From assembly GCA_012026655.1 (NCBI GenBank), contig JAAILG010000157.1:1-64000 (forward strand): 64,000 bases of DNA, in the 5' to 3' direction. Position numbers and translations under genes: made by a program. The notes under the pieces were generated by a model that saw only the letters and a program-made list of their open reading frames with translations, was not told the DNA's origin and did not search any database. This DNA is from Hydrolagus affinis. Its lineage: Eukaryota. This document shows, one piece after another, positions 12,797 through 26,180 of this stretch; the stretch's first letter is position 1, and each line of letters opens with the position of its first letter.

Positions 12797-13091
12797 AACT
12801 ATAATCCTTGCATTTGATTTAATGCTTTTCAGGTCTTCTAGACATCTCAAAGCTCTTCACAGAATATACTGTAAAGTGAATTGATTGTATACCTTGTGGG
12901 CGAAACGAGGCAGCCAATTGCTCACAGCTGTGTCCCACAAACAGTTGTGGATTGAAATGACCAATTTATTATATTTTTGACGGATTAGTATCATGCATGT
13001 GTCGTAAGGAAACTCGCCCAAGGGTTTCACCCTGGCTGGAATCAAATTCAGGTCTCTCTCACTTGTGAGGCGAGTGCTCTAACCACCGAGG
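12797..13091 (-). mobile_element. Near full-length SINE subfamily A
   Basis: Reverse complement of 554-860, including the head (GAGTGCTCTAACCAC). Confidence 0.88.
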
Positions 13092-15034
13092 ACTTGAGTG
13101 AGACAGTGGAGTATAATTGGAGCTGCATCCTCACCACACTGTTCCATCGGAGGGTAGGAGAGAGGAGGAGAGGTAGGAGTTTCTGTAGAGAAACGGGAAA
13201 ACATAAGTATTTTAATCAGTCTGAAAATATTCAATTGGGCCGCTCGCAACCTTACAATTAGCATCCTGGTAAAGAGTCAGAAATGGTAAGAGTTAAATAA
13301 ATTATAAGGCCGGTGTGCTTGAGGGCAACCACAGTAATTGAAGGCTTTCCCAGATAGAGAGGAAGTGCAGCTGTAGTCTGTGCACCACATCATGTAATGA
13401 ACAGTCGTGGCCTTAAGGCCGCTTGGAGATGAGGAGAACATTTTCTTATTGGTTATAACATGAAATACCCCAGAGTTTTATCCAGACTCTCCTATTGAAA
13501 TGCCTTTCCATTTATCTTTGAAAGGGTGATTAAGTAAGATGTATCCAGCCAGGTATTGTTACATAAATAGAGTTCAAATGGTTGCACGCGATTGTCTTAA
13601 ACAACTGACCCTTGATTGTTATCATTACCCATTCTTTTGTAGGTGATTACTCTCACCGTTCGATTACAAGTGGTCAAATGATTCCTCTGTGATTTCTGCA
13701 CACTGTGCTTCTCCCTTTTGCTAATCTAGGAGACACACATTGCTGTCTTATTTAATGGTGGGGGGTTCTCTGGGTGCCCTGGCCAACCGCACATATAATT
13801 GACCACTCACTCAATGCCTGTTTGTGGGACATTGCTCTGTGTAAATTGGTTGCTACAGTTGCCTGTAATACAGTCACGACACTTTGTAGTAAAATCCTGC
13901 GAAGCAATCCTTTGAGACATCTCCAAGGTGTGAGGCGCTGCTTTTACTATTGCAAGCACTATTGCAATGGGATTCCTCAACAAGTTGCACAGATTGGGAA
14001 CCAGAAATACATCACACCAACTCAAAGGAACTCCATTCCAATATAATCTGGTTCCAGAGGAGAGTTCTTGTGGGTTGGTCTGATGTTGTTATGAGCACCA
14101 GAACGATTTCCATTTCATAAGGAATCCCCATAAAGAAACACATTAGACCCCATTTTTATCCTTCGCCACATAGCTGAATAGAGGACTTCCTGCAAAGTCA
14201 CTCAGCTGAGAAGTGGTATTGTTCATTGTATATAATACTTGTAAGCAGATTTAGGTCCTGCCGATCTTGAAATTCCGCCCCATGAATCCACCAGCAGTTT
14301 GCTACATCTCTACCACATATGCTTTGCGAGTGCATTCAAACCAACATCAGAAAGTTCTGATGTTGATGACAATGGACAGCTATCAACCAACAACTCAGAA
14401 ATAAGCAGAGTTTAAATGATTGCACCAGAGCCAGCTGATTCTTCTGGGAGAAGAAACACTTTTGTAAATGCATTTTCTGTTATGGTCATTTGTGCATGCT
14501 TAAGATTACGACAGCCTCTGCTGTTGAAATTTAAAATCTCTGGAGATTTTCTGATAAACCTACTTAACGTTTTTGTTTTATAAACAAGTGCAGTTTCAAA
14601 ATTATTTAATAGTTTAAAATATATATATGTGCCTTTTATTCTAGATGGATTTAGCTTACAGAGGGTGCCAAAATATAATTTTATAGCTATCAGGTTACAG
14701 TATATTTATCAACCATAATTTTTCTTTATGTTTTTTGGTAACTATCTTAAGCTAGTTGCTGTATGTTCAGACAATCAGAAAATCACCCCTGTTGTGAATA
14801 TAACAGTCAGGCAGTCAAAGTGCGATTACTGCTGGCTATAAAACAAGAGCCAGCTTTTAGTTTAGGAAATGAAATGTTTCATAAATATGGAAGCTCTTGG
14901 ATGTCATTTGTCACTTGGCTGTTTGTGAAAAGGGAATTTTATCCCCTGACGGTTCATTTCTTGGAATCAACCATGTTGGTACGTAACATTGTTTACATCA
15001 CAACAATAGGAGTTAGAATTAAGTACTGTATAAA

Positions 15035-15188
15035 TCACCTTAAAATCTATTTCTTCGACCATGCCTATAGTCATCTCTTTGCCCCCATCCCTCCATTCCA
15101 GCTTGGTATCTAACTCCGTTACTACAAAGCACTCCCAAGATATTGCCCTTCATGAAGGGCCCATATAAATTGCAAATTATTATTGTTT
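15035..15188 (+). mobile_element. Old L2 3' end
   Basis: LKIYFFDHAY-like ORF2 end plus a degenerate tail. A minus-strand relative lies at 55825-55985. Confidence 0.6.
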
Positions 15189-16212
15189 CATGAATAATTA
15201 CAGTATATTGATAATTAGTATTTATTTAGTAACTTCAGCCTACTATGCATCTGTTGCTCTAATGTTTTTTGAGATATAAAAGGCAGGCCTGCTCGTTGCT
15301 TCTTAAGTTGCTTCTCAACAGGATATTTACAGAATATCATATTGCTACGTTGATTGTTAATGAACGGTGGTTTTCAATCATGCACGCATGCTAATGTTTG
15401 AGGAAAAATGAGTCATTGTGTATCTTGTGATACAATGCATTAAAGGAGCATTGTTAACTGTCAAGTTTGTAGTCAACAAGGTCACCAGCAAGGAGACCCG
15501 TGATGTGCGGACGTCATCACGTTGTCATTCTCAGCCACTGTAAATGAACAAAAGCTAACAGAATTGTGATTGCAGGCTTTTACCCACAGCAGGTCCACCT
15601 TGCTCCTACTCTAACCTTTCAGCAGGCGGTATTTGACTTACCTAGGGTTGAGTTTGCTTGTAAGGGCCAAATAATACTCTAATCCCTCAGCATGTGTATC
15701 GCAGTGGTACATCACTGAAATACAATATTCATATTTCTGACAGGTTCTGAAAGCTGCTTGGTTGAAACTGTCAGCCTTGGGTATGGAAAAGTGAACACAT
15801 TCAAAATGTTATCTGTGCAATGAAAAGGAATTGAAAATGAATCAGTTTGCCCTTTACTGTTCTTTCTTTGGCCCTGAAGTATTGGGGCTTTGCATTTTAT
15901 GCTTGCTAATTTAATTTGCCCATTAAATATACAAAAAAAATGTTTTAAGGGAAAATAGATATTTGCTAAGGGTGTATTTTTCTCCCAAACTTAATGGGTT
16001 TATTTTTTTTAAAAAACTGAACATGAAAGCATTGCTTGCATTTGAACTTGTTTCATATGAATCGGAAATCATTTCACCAGCGAAAACTGAAAGGTTCTGT
16101 CGTACTGAAGAACCACGGTATTCAAGAAGGAAAAAAAAAGGGAGTCAAGGTGCACGTCTCTTTCTAAGCCTGTCGTTTCTTACTGTCCTGACGTGTCGGT
16201 TTCTTCTTTCAG

Positions 16213-16373
16213 ATAGCGCCGACAGGCCTGTCAACTATTTCTACAGGGACGGGGTAGTGAATTATACCACACTGCTGAGAGGCGCTGATGGAGAAACCCT
16301 GTATGTTGGTGCGAGAGATGCCATTTTCGCCTTGAATATTTCAGATATTGCTCCCAACAGATTCAAAAATGAG
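16213..16373 (+). CDS. SEMA4B: Semaphorin-4B coding exon 2 (Sema domain start)
   Basis: TTTCAG acceptor. (N)SADRPVNYFYRDGVVNYTTLLRGADGETLYVGARDAIFALN...KNE. Donor GTATGT. Confidence 0.95.
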
Positions 16374-17196
16374 GTATGTCCATTTTAATTTGACAAAGCA
16401 GCGGCATAAAGCTAGGGCAATTGCCATAATATTTAATCACTTTCCTCTTCTTGTAACTTCTCTTTTCAATTTACTTTTTGAAGCACCAATTAATTCTGTC
16501 AAATTCTTATGGGACTGGATTGAGGCTATTAATCGCATGTCACTTAAGAGACACTGATCAGGTGTCAGGATTTGAGGTGGACTCAGACAAAGGCTCCAAT
16601 TTAGAAGGGACAGTATTCTGTCACACTCCTTCACCCAATTTCCTCTGAGACTTAATTTCCTCTGACATCCTCTGTCATACATGTTGACTGCTTCTCACCA
16701 TACCTCCCTCTAGGAAGATGACTGATATAACAGTCACTTCTGCTTCCAATGCTGCTTAATTGATTAGCCAACAGAACACCAGAGGATGTCAAGGTTAATT
16801 TTATGTTTTTCTCCCAAACACTGGCCCAGCAGAGATCTTAGAAAAAGTATCATCGGCTGGGTTTGGCGTTAGTCAAACCTTTCTTGTTGTGTGAAATTCA
16901 CAGGATTTTGTTATCCGATCTATAAACTGGTATGATTTTGTTGTTATTGTTCCATTGGAGAGGCTTAGCTGTGTATATTTTCCAGTTCTAAAGTTGCTCA
17001 AGCTTTGTTTTGGGGGAAGGCATAAGCAATAAACTGTTTCTGCAATTAGATTGGACCTATGTGTTTATCAAATACTTGCACTGAATCTTTCCCGTAACGC
17101 AATCAAAGCTGTAAAATTCTTATTTCAAAGGTTAATGTCAGCAACTTTGGTGATCCGCAGCCTTCATACTGTAATATTGCTGCTTATGTTTAACAG

Positions 17197-17259
17197 GTGA
17201 TTTGGGAATCTCCAGGGCAGAAGAGGAGAGAATGCAATTTTAAGGGAAAGAATTTGCAG
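17197..17259 (+). CDS. SEMA4B: Semaphorin-4B coding exon 3
   Basis: AACAG acceptor. VIWESPGQKRRECNFKGKNLQ. Donor GTAAGT. 63 nt, phase 0-0. Confidence 0.93.
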
Positions 17260-17343
17260 GTAAGTTTGAAAACAAATGGGAAGGTTCATTAAATCCAATG
17301 CTGATAACTTCTAATAATTGCTTTGATATTTGCCTGCCTGCAG

Positions 17344-17442
17344 AGTGACTGCTTCAATTACATCAAGATCCTCCTTCAACTAAACAGCACTCACATTTTT
17401 GTTTGTGGAACATATGCTTTCAGCCCCAATTGCTCCTATATC
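17344..17442 (+). CDS. SEMA4B: Semaphorin-4B coding exon 4
   Basis: SDCFNYIKILLQLNSTHIFVCGTYAFSPNCSYI, with Sema motifs C.NYI and CGT.AF.P.C. AG/GTAAGT boundaries. Confidence 0.96.
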
Positions 17443-17541
17443 GTAAGTGCGCATATCAACGTCTTTATAGATTTTACAGAAGGAATAATATCACTGAACC
17501 TAGTCACGTGACTTTAACGTTATCTGCTCTCTTTCACACAG

Positions 17542-17653
17542 CATGTTGCAAACTTCTCTCTAGCAAAAGTTGCTAATGGTAATATTTTAACTGAAGATGG
17601 AAGAGGTCGATGCCCCTTTGACCCGACCTATAAGTCAACTGCAGTTATTGTTG
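17542..17653 (+). CDS. SEMA4B: Semaphorin-4B coding exon 5
   Basis: HVANFSLAKVANGNILTEDGRGRCPFDPTYKSTAVIV, with the G.G.CPFDP motif. Donor GTGCGT, phase 1. Confidence 0.95.
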
Positions 17654-18394
17654 GTGCGTAATTTATGTCCTTTGTTATTGAATCTATTATTCTCAGACAT
17701 TGCATGAGTTACATTGCATGATGATCAGATTAAAGAAGCACATATTCCCTAGTAATAAAGAGAGGCCATTCTTACCTGTCAGGACTGTCCTGTCCCAGAA
17801 CGTTCCGCCATTTGTTCCCTTGTTTTTATTCAATGCTTCTCTTCACATTATTTTGCATATTATTTTGTACTATTTTACCCTTTATTAATTCTCATCACTG
17901 AAGGCAATAATTCCTGCTGAGATATAGTTGTAGGAGCCCCTTGTATCTCATTTAAATTACCATTCTTTTGTGTGTGGTTTGTGGTTTGTCCATGTCCTCA
18001 CTTGAACCTCAAGGAGAAGTCATATTTAGTGGGCCTGGCCAATTTGAGGGTGGAAGAAAAAGGAATGTTTGCATTCTAAACCCTGAGGACAGCACCCTAA
18101 CCATCTGAGATTGTCTTACCCAGTATTAAGGGAGAATTGAACTTTTCACCTCTCTGGATTTGCGGTTCAGTTTTTTCCACAGAATCAGTGGCAGCCAAAA
18201 CACTTTCCTTTTCCTCTGACATTTACATAGACAGGCGCTATATGATTTAAAATATGTTTATGATAATGTGAAGTATTTGTTTGCTGGATAAAAGGTACCA
18301 AGTATAAATAGCACAAAGTACCAAACATAGCAACACCATACTTACCTTTTCTGCCTTTACAAGTACCAATACCAGCTCAATATAACTATGAAGG

Positions 18395-18520
18395 AGAAAG
18401 GAATAGAAGGTTGTGGGAACGAATGAATGCTAAGGATTGTAGGGAGTATAAACACTGGCAAGGACTAGTTGGGAAGAATGACCAGTTTCTCTGATATACT
18501 GTACACTCTATGTACATTTA
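18395..18520 (+). mobile_element. CR1-type LINE 3' end
   Basis: ATAAACACTGGCAAGGACTAGTTGGGAAGAATGACC...CTCTATG, matching 46820-46892 within the window. Related minus-strand CATAGAATCAT tails lie at 27605-27690 and 54938-55020. Confidence 0.6.
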
Positions 18521-18776
18521 TGAGAGAATTTCTCCCAACTTCGTCCAGCAAAAGAGCACTTAGGAGGATATTTTGGAATCCATATATGAATTAATTTCGG
18601 ATTGGATTCCCATTAAACACGCCATTGTTTCTCAATGATAGTACAGTTGTGGTTTCTGATGTATGTGGAGTAAAATTGATTTGCATATTTTGCAACCATG
18701 TAAAGTTTTTACTTACCCTGTGCTGAAAACATACAAATAGACGGAACTACAATTTGCTTATGTTTATTGTCATCAG

Positions 18777-18890
18777 ACGGAGAGCTGTATGCAGGAACTG
18801 TCAGCAATTTTCAAGGCAATGAACCAATCATTTCAAGAAGTGGTAATAAACCACCATTAAAAACTGAAAATTCTCTGAACTGGCTCCAAG
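18777..18890 (+). CDS. SEMA4B: Semaphorin-4B coding exon 6
   Basis: (D)GELYAGTVSNFQGNEPIISRSGNKPPLKTENSLNWLQ. CATCAG acceptor, GTGAGT donor. Confidence 0.96.
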
Positions 18891-20728
18891 GTGAGTAACT
18901 GGCAACAAAATATAAAAGATTTATTGTGATAGAGTTCACTTTCAAATTACTCTGAGATCAGTCAAACAAGACTAATGGGATATTATTTAATTGGAAACGC
19001 CCTCATGTAATTACACCCTTGTATTTGTTTGCTCGTGTCCTCTATGTGGTGCAGTTTCAACAAGCCCAATCAGGTGTGGATTAGATTGGACACAAAGAAA
19101 GCAAAACAAAGTAAGATTCATATTTGGGTGTGCAGAGCAGTGAGCTGGTTTAGTGAATTGATACATCATGTGGGAATAAGTTTAGTGCAATGATGCCAAC
19201 TTGCTATAGCTCCACATGTGATATTCATATAGGGCCCCTCTGGTAGTTCATAAATGTCCATGGCTACAAAGTTCATACAGCCATATGGGAAGCCTTTGTA
19301 TGTTTCTTTGTGCACAGCGTTAGATGATAAGAGGATCAGACTTATACGTTGATTAACAACACGTTAACTCATGAAACATACTTCTCAAGAACAATTGTTG
19401 ACTAATAGGCCTTGCAGTCTATAGCATTGCTTACCCCCAATAAAGTTATGCTGTGCCCTATTCAGTTGAAGCTAGTTTATTTCTAAAAAAAAACATTTAG
19501 AAAACCTTTGAAAACCCACTGACAAAAATAAAGAAGATCCTCAGCCAATGTAAATATAGCAGATGACATGCGGGAAAGCTTGCATATTGGCATGATTTTG
19601 TTCAGCAGCCTTGATGTTGGACTCCTCAAGCTAGTGTAAAATGTGTTTGTAGAAATTGAACTGGTTACTCTTCTTCCATGCAGAGCACAGTTTGGCATGT
19701 TTTTCTTATGAGATGGTTGCACTATAAACATGTCTGAACAATCCATAAATCACTCTTAGTAATGGTATTTCAATGCTCTTTGCTGGGTTGGAATAAAATA
19801 TTTACAATGTTGTTGGCAATGCGATCAAGCGTTTTTTCCTGTCCTGACAAAGGTACTAGATTCAGTCTGGACACAAATACTTATAATGGTCTTAATATCC
19901 CTAGTTCAGTGACCCCAAATCACCTTTATTTACAATTAGTCTTTTATCAGTTGGTTTTATTGCACAGACATGATGCAGTTGCCCTGGTTTAACACCAGCA
20001 TTGATCATTTTTAGTATCATGGTTTTTTTTCTTGTTTTATTGCTGCAGATACCATTGTATGGTTTTTGTGTTTAGACATACATAAATAATGTGCTTAATG
20101 TTTGACGGTGTCACAAACTTCACTGTGGATGTTTTACAGTGTTATTGATGTATCACCATTGACTAGTAGAATCTGCATCAGGTATTCTCTTTGGGTAAAG
20201 TTTTAGCCAATATCAGTTTTTGTTTTCACTAATTGTCGAGCTTCAGATCAATATCCAATCCAGGTTTGAATGCCCAATTCAACATCTGGATAATAGAAAT
20301 GGCCCCTCGCATGGGGTGAGAAGGTTTTCCATGAGGTAGTGGAATCAGGCCATCACAAATGGAGATATCCCTGCAAAGGAAAAGATTGTTGCAGGATGTT
20401 TTCAAATCGAGGAGTACTTTATATTGAAAGTTATTCCCAAGGGTGAATAAAGACCCTCATTGGACTCCCTGAACATTTCAGCTGTAACTACAGCCACAAA
20501 TTGATGCCATGGTTGTGCCACACTTGTTGGAAGCATTGGGAATTGTTTAAATCGTGGCAGTCACAATTGTTTATTAAAAATATTGATTCCATTCAAATGA
20601 AACTAGTTAATTTTTAACACTGTGTAATTCTTAATCTACATATTGCACGCAAGAATTTGCCTAGAAATTTTAAATCTTGGGAGCTGAACATTACCAAAAT
20701 GTTTATATAATTTAATGTTTTTTTGCAG

Positions 20729-20886
20729 ATCCATCTTTTGTTGGTTCAGCATATATACCGGAAAATTTACCAGAAAACAATCCTATTGGAGATGATGGCA
20801 AAATATATTTCTTCTTCAGTGAAACTGGCAAAGAATTCGACTTTTTTGAGAATACAATTGTATCACGAATAGCACGAATCTGCAAG
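20729..20886 (+). CDS. SEMA4B: Semaphorin-4B coding exon 7
   Basis: (D)PSFVGSAYIPENLPENNPIGDDGKIYFFFSETGKEFDFFENTIVSRIARICK. TTGCAG acceptor, GTAAAT donor. Confidence 0.96.
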
Positions 20887-22354
20887 GTAAATTCACCTGT
20901 TAACATAGATGTCCTATTGGTTAAGACAGCTGCACAAGAAATAGACAACAGGAAAGCAATAGACTTAAGTATCTAATCATCACCAGGTGCAATTTAGCTG
21001 TTTATAGTGGACTAGAATTACAGCTGGATTATGCTTGTTATGTCTGCTAAAGTGTGTGGCATTAATATATAATACATGCCATTTAATAGTTCCAATACTC
21101 CTCTTCCATTTAAGAACTGAGGTTGATGGAAGAAGCTGATATAGGTAGGTTATTTTATTGAATGTCACTCAGATTAGGAGACCCTGACACAAATCTTACT
21201 GATAGTTATTAATTATCACGAGATTTGTGCTGTGACAGTAGTGAATGCTAATCTGTGGAAAGTAGCACCACTGTATATAGAGTTATAGCTGTGGGAAACC
21301 ACTGATTAAGAGTGAAGACATGTTACCTGAGGCAGTGAATGCATTTTTCAGATAATGATGTTGAGTATGTCTGCTGGAACAAAGTAGGGCAATTTAGCAA
21401 AGTTTTCAAATGCCTTGCAATGGTTAGAAATGCCTTTGGCTCTGTGTAAGTGATGGTGATGTTTAGTTGTCATCACCCTTTAATGTGTGGTCCATTAGTT
21501 AGCACTCAGTGGAAATGTTTCTAGTATAGCACCAGGTTGTACCAGATAGGTTGCAACCATTTTTATTTTACTTGGCTTTCTTTATCCAAATCCCTCTAAT
21601 GTGCTTGTGATCTTGTGAACTCTTGTTGATTTACTGCATCCTACTTTGGTAAACTGGATTTGACGCCAGAACTTTATAACTTCTACCAATATTTGAACTT
21701 TGGTGGCTTCGGCTGAAGTGGTGGATAGTGTGAACATGAAGGGAATTAGGAGAGGCAGCTGATTCATTCTTCTAAGAACTATTGGTTGGTTTGATCCTTT
21801 ATTGACTCCCTTCGCCGGGTATTGAAAACGTTATTTGATATTGCTGTGATTCATTTGAATTTAAAACAATTGGGAATTTTGTAAGGGTTGTCGTCTGGAG
21901 GGAGTTACCCATATAGATTTCAGGTGCTTTACAAGTACAATGTAATGTTCAAAGGGCTTAGATCTTTGTATCATTAGTGCTCAAAGGTGTGTTTGGTTTT
22001 TTCGGTGTTATTTTGTGAACATCAAAAGCTCTCTGATATAAAAGAAACTCAATTACTTCAACTTTCAAAGCAGGCAATTTAGAAAGCTAGGTTGTTCATG
22101 CAGCTGAGGCAGGAAAACAGTAGGAATTCTCTCATATGAATGGTTCAGAAAATGATTTATTTGAAACCAGAAAGAAAGAATCATTACTATAAATGGTATA
22201 ATCTAGGGGGCAGATTTCAGTCTGTAATAAGAATTATGTTGAATGTTTTCTCATAATTGATCGCAAGAGAGAATCAGACAAAGAGGCTTTTCTGTTCATT
22301 TGAGCTCATTCTTCCAGAACACCACCCACCAGTTATATCATGAAGAAGATTTTT

Positions 22355-22600
22355 TAGATGAGTCCAATGGCCTGATCTTAACCACCCCACCAACGAACCT
22401 ATTTCAGTCATTATTACCCTATGTGTAAAGAAATACCTATTTGTGTCTGTCCAGAAATTGCCCTTTACAACCCCGGTCTTGTGCCCTTTTGTTCTGCTAC
22501 CTTGGTGTATCTAAGAGTACTGTTCTGGATTGACTTTTCAAATCTTATTTAGAAGCTTATATATCTCTATAGACCTACTCAGACATCTCTTTTCAACACT
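22355..22600 (-). mobile_element. Old CR1 3' ORF2 fragment
   Basis: Reverse complement AAAGGGCAATTTCTGGACAGACAC...TTTCTTTACACATAGGGT resembles 36365-36430 (+) and 32525-32730 (-). Confidence 0.55.
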
Positions 22601-25600
22601 GATCGACCTACCTAATCCAAAGCAGATCACAGACCATGTTGTTATAACCTAAGGCACCACCCTCCACCCTTTCGTTATTTCGCAGTTCTAAGGTTTCTTA
22701 TTGGCTTCAAGTTTTGAATCCCCTAAATGCATTTTTGTAGTTTTCTGCTTTGATATCCTATGACAAGCTGAATGGAATTAATTTCTTTATTACCAATAAT
22801 TCAATTGTTCTAAATATACCTTTCTATTTATTTATTCAAATATGTTTCAGACTACCAATATTAATATTAACAAGCAAAAAAATACTTTTTGAGTAAAAAT
22901 ACCTGTTTATAAAAAAAACAGTAAACGCTTCATAGGACTGTCAGTGAACCCAAGTAGAAAGTGAATGCAAAGTAGTGTGTAATCCTTAAAGGGAAAAGAA
23001 GATGAATTTGCTTCAAAATACTCAGCAGAACAACAGCAAAATATGTATAATTTTCCAAATAATCCAGACTTTGAAGAGTTTTTTGACAGCCTTTTCTAGT
23101 GTTGCATTCTTGGGAATAATGGCTTTCATTAAAAGTAGTAAAACCTGTTTTAAAGGAGAACAGTGTTCAGAGGTACGTTCCACTTAGCTTTTGAATTGAA
23201 AAACCAGGATTCACCCCCCAAGACAAGATAGAGCTGTTAATCCCTATTTAACACTGTGCAGATCTTCAAATTAGAGAAGTGGTAATTCTCGACACCCTAC
23301 AAGTCTTTATGGGGCCAACACTTTGGTTGTTTTGGTTCAACGGTATGATAATTACGGGACTCTTCCAACAGGTATTCAACCTTGCAAACCATGGACAATT
23401 TGGGAATAGTTAGAGGAAATAATAATAATAATCCTTGCATTTGATTTCGCACTTCATCGTGTTGTTGAGATGTCTCGAAGCACTCAGACAATAAATTGTA
23501 AAGTGAAGTGACTGTATTTTGCGGCCAAAACGCAGCAGCCAATGGGCACCACCAAATGACCACATTACAACATTTCTAGTCATTCTTTGTCACAAATGAC
23601 CAATTACTTCCAACAACCGACACCAGGATTGTGCTTTCTCTATTCATTAGTTGATCCCAAACATTCAGCTCATTCATATAGTTTATTGGATTTAAGATTT
23701 GAAAAGACTATGATGTGCAATCTCTGTGATACCCTTGTGTTAAATATGGTTTGTCATTTTACTTTCATCTCGCTTAATTTCTGATTGACAGCAGAGTTTT
23801 ACTATACCCTTTAATTATGGCACTCCATGAAATAGCCAAAAGAAGGCACAAAGGCAACTGTACATTGCTTGTCATTGCGATCGATAGTCTGTCATTTGTT
23901 TTGATGGGCACGGTCAGTTTAAGTGACAGGCTTGGATGAGGTAATAGGGCCTGTTATAATGCTCACCTTTAAAATGGTGCTTTATTATAGATTGATGTGA
24001 TAATCATGGGGAATTCGACATGTTCAAATTACTGAGTGGCTTTGAATTCATTTCTTCACCATTATTCAGGGAAAGTCGTGGACAAGCTGGAATAGAACTT
24101 TCAGCTTTACCCATGTTTTCCTTTCACCCAAATAAAAAGGGAATCCCAAGAGGGGTGAAAGCTGAAAGCAAAAAAAAAATGTTGTCACTTAATTTACAAC
24201 TGTGAATAATCGATGGCCCCGATTCTCCCACAAAATTTAGTCAATTTGCTTCACAGTATATTCTGTGAAGCCGTTTTAGACGTCTCAAGGATGTGATAAG
24301 GTGCTGTGACAAAAGCAAGGATTATTATTAAAATAGAATGGAATAGAACCCCAAGATGCAAGCAAAATAGAATGGTTAAAAATACATCATGCTGACAGTT
24401 TGCCTTTTAATCAGTTTCTTTCCTCTGAACATAAATTACCAGAGCAAGCTAGTTGAGACAGGTTCTTGATATGTTATTGTACTATGTCAGCCCTGTATAT
24501 ATAAAACTGATCCTGCATACATTAGTAAGGTAAGTCAGTCCTGATTTAAGTAATTTAATTAGTGGATTAGAAAGCAATATCGATCCTGTATTAAGAACTG
24601 AAGCCTGTAGTGATTGCATGTAGTGTAGTCAGTCCCAGTGTAAGTCATTATAAGTGGGCTTTTCTATATGTTGTTGCAAAAAGAATTGTAAATCAAAGAA
24701 ATCATCCATGTTGTGTTTGGCAGTTCCTTGTGTAACTTTATTTATTAAGATACAATCTAACACAACCATTTAAAAACCCTGAAATTAACAAATATGAGGC
24801 CAAATGTGTAGCATTTCTGTGAATTACCACAATGGGAGGTTAACATTTGATTAACTCATTCTTCCGTCAGCTGTTACTGGTGATCAGTGTAGCCTTTGAT
24901 AATTCTTATTTCTGTCATCAACAAAATGACTTGTGCACACTTTCCCTTGATTATCACTCAATGTAAAATCCGTAGAATAAGACATATGCATTTATAAGGC
25001 CCCAGTTTGAAAAATCAACTGTTCAGCTCCTACCACTCCAATGTTATATGTCTTGATAGCCACTGTCAGGTTAAGTAACACCATTGAGCAAGATAATAGC
25101 CCTGCTATAAGTTCACTTATAAAAATGAGACATTATTATTTTGGTTTGATGTGATAATCATGGTGAATTAGTCATCTTCAAATTACTAACCTCCTTGCCA
25201 GTGCTGCTTTGATTTTTTTTGCCAATTGTCAGGGACCATGGAGCAAGAACCTTTATTCTCACTGTTTTGCCTTTAAACCTCAATAAATGGGAAGCTATGG
25301 GGGGTGGGGGGTGGGGGTGGTGGGGGGGGAGGGGAGGGAAGAGTTTCAAAGAACACAAAATAGAGTGGGAAGAAGGTAACACATTGGCTTGTTTGTCATC
25401 CAGCTATATTGCTGCTCCACTGTTCATATTCACAGTATTCTCAGGCAGTTTCAAACATGCTTTACAGCAAGGTAAAGAAAAAACAGGTTTTATATACCTG
25501 TTGAACATTTGTTAGGAACAAAAAAAGAATCTTAATGAGACAGTTCCTTTTTTGATTGATCTTACCGCCTTCTCAGCATAATCCCTCTATCACTAAAATC

Positions 25601-25998
25601 TCTGGAAATGTGGCTAGTTTTACCTCTGGAGCCGACTTATATAACAACAACTTTGATTTATATAGCGCCCTCCATGCCGGACAGCGTCTCAGTGTCTCAG
25701 AGCACTATATATTCACTTTAATAGCCTCTCTCGTATCCTCTTACACTTATCTACTATTGTTTGTGTAGACAGAGCATTCTGGCTGACCAGATTGATTAAG
25801 TCTGTTGTCCTTTCTATGTTTCTATTCATAGTAATCATGACAAGTAAGCAAAGTTGAAGCCAAGGTTTCACATTGTAGATGACCTTTTGATTGTGGTAGC
25901 CCACATGATTTTTTTGGGGGGCTTGATCATTTCTTGTGGTTATTTCATATTAATCTGCGTTTCATCCTTGTGCCTTAAATTACCACTTTTTCCCACAG

Positions 25999-26180
25999 GG
26001 TGATTTAGGTGGAGAGCGTGTGCTACAGAAAAGGTGGACCACTTTCCTGAAATCCCAGCTTTCCTGTTCACTTCCCGATGATGGGTTCCCATTTAACATC
26101 ATTCAGGACATGTTCGTCCTTACACCTGGGAAAGAACATTGGAAAAACACAACCTTTTATGGAGTATTTAGTTCACAGTG
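25999..26180 (+). CDS. SEMA4B: Semaphorin-4B coding exon 8
   Basis: GDLGGERVLQKRWTTFLKSQLSCSLPDDGFPFNIIQDMFVLTPGKEHWKNTTFYGVFSSQ(W). CCACAG acceptor, GTACGT donor. Confidence 0.97.

Noticed and set aside
15400-15530. AP-1 (TGAGTCA), paired SOX-like and CRE half-sites in intron 1
   Set aside because: Short motifs, and the 11-bp SOX spacing is atypical. Cannot be distinguished from background without conservation data.
15963-16212. 5' extension of the 141-aa ORF with a hydrophobic stretch (LFLSLSFLTVLTC) that mimics a signal peptide
   Set aside because: The hydrophobic codons are the polypyrimidine tract of the 16212 acceptor. A better signal-peptide exon in the right phase exists at 1372-1480.
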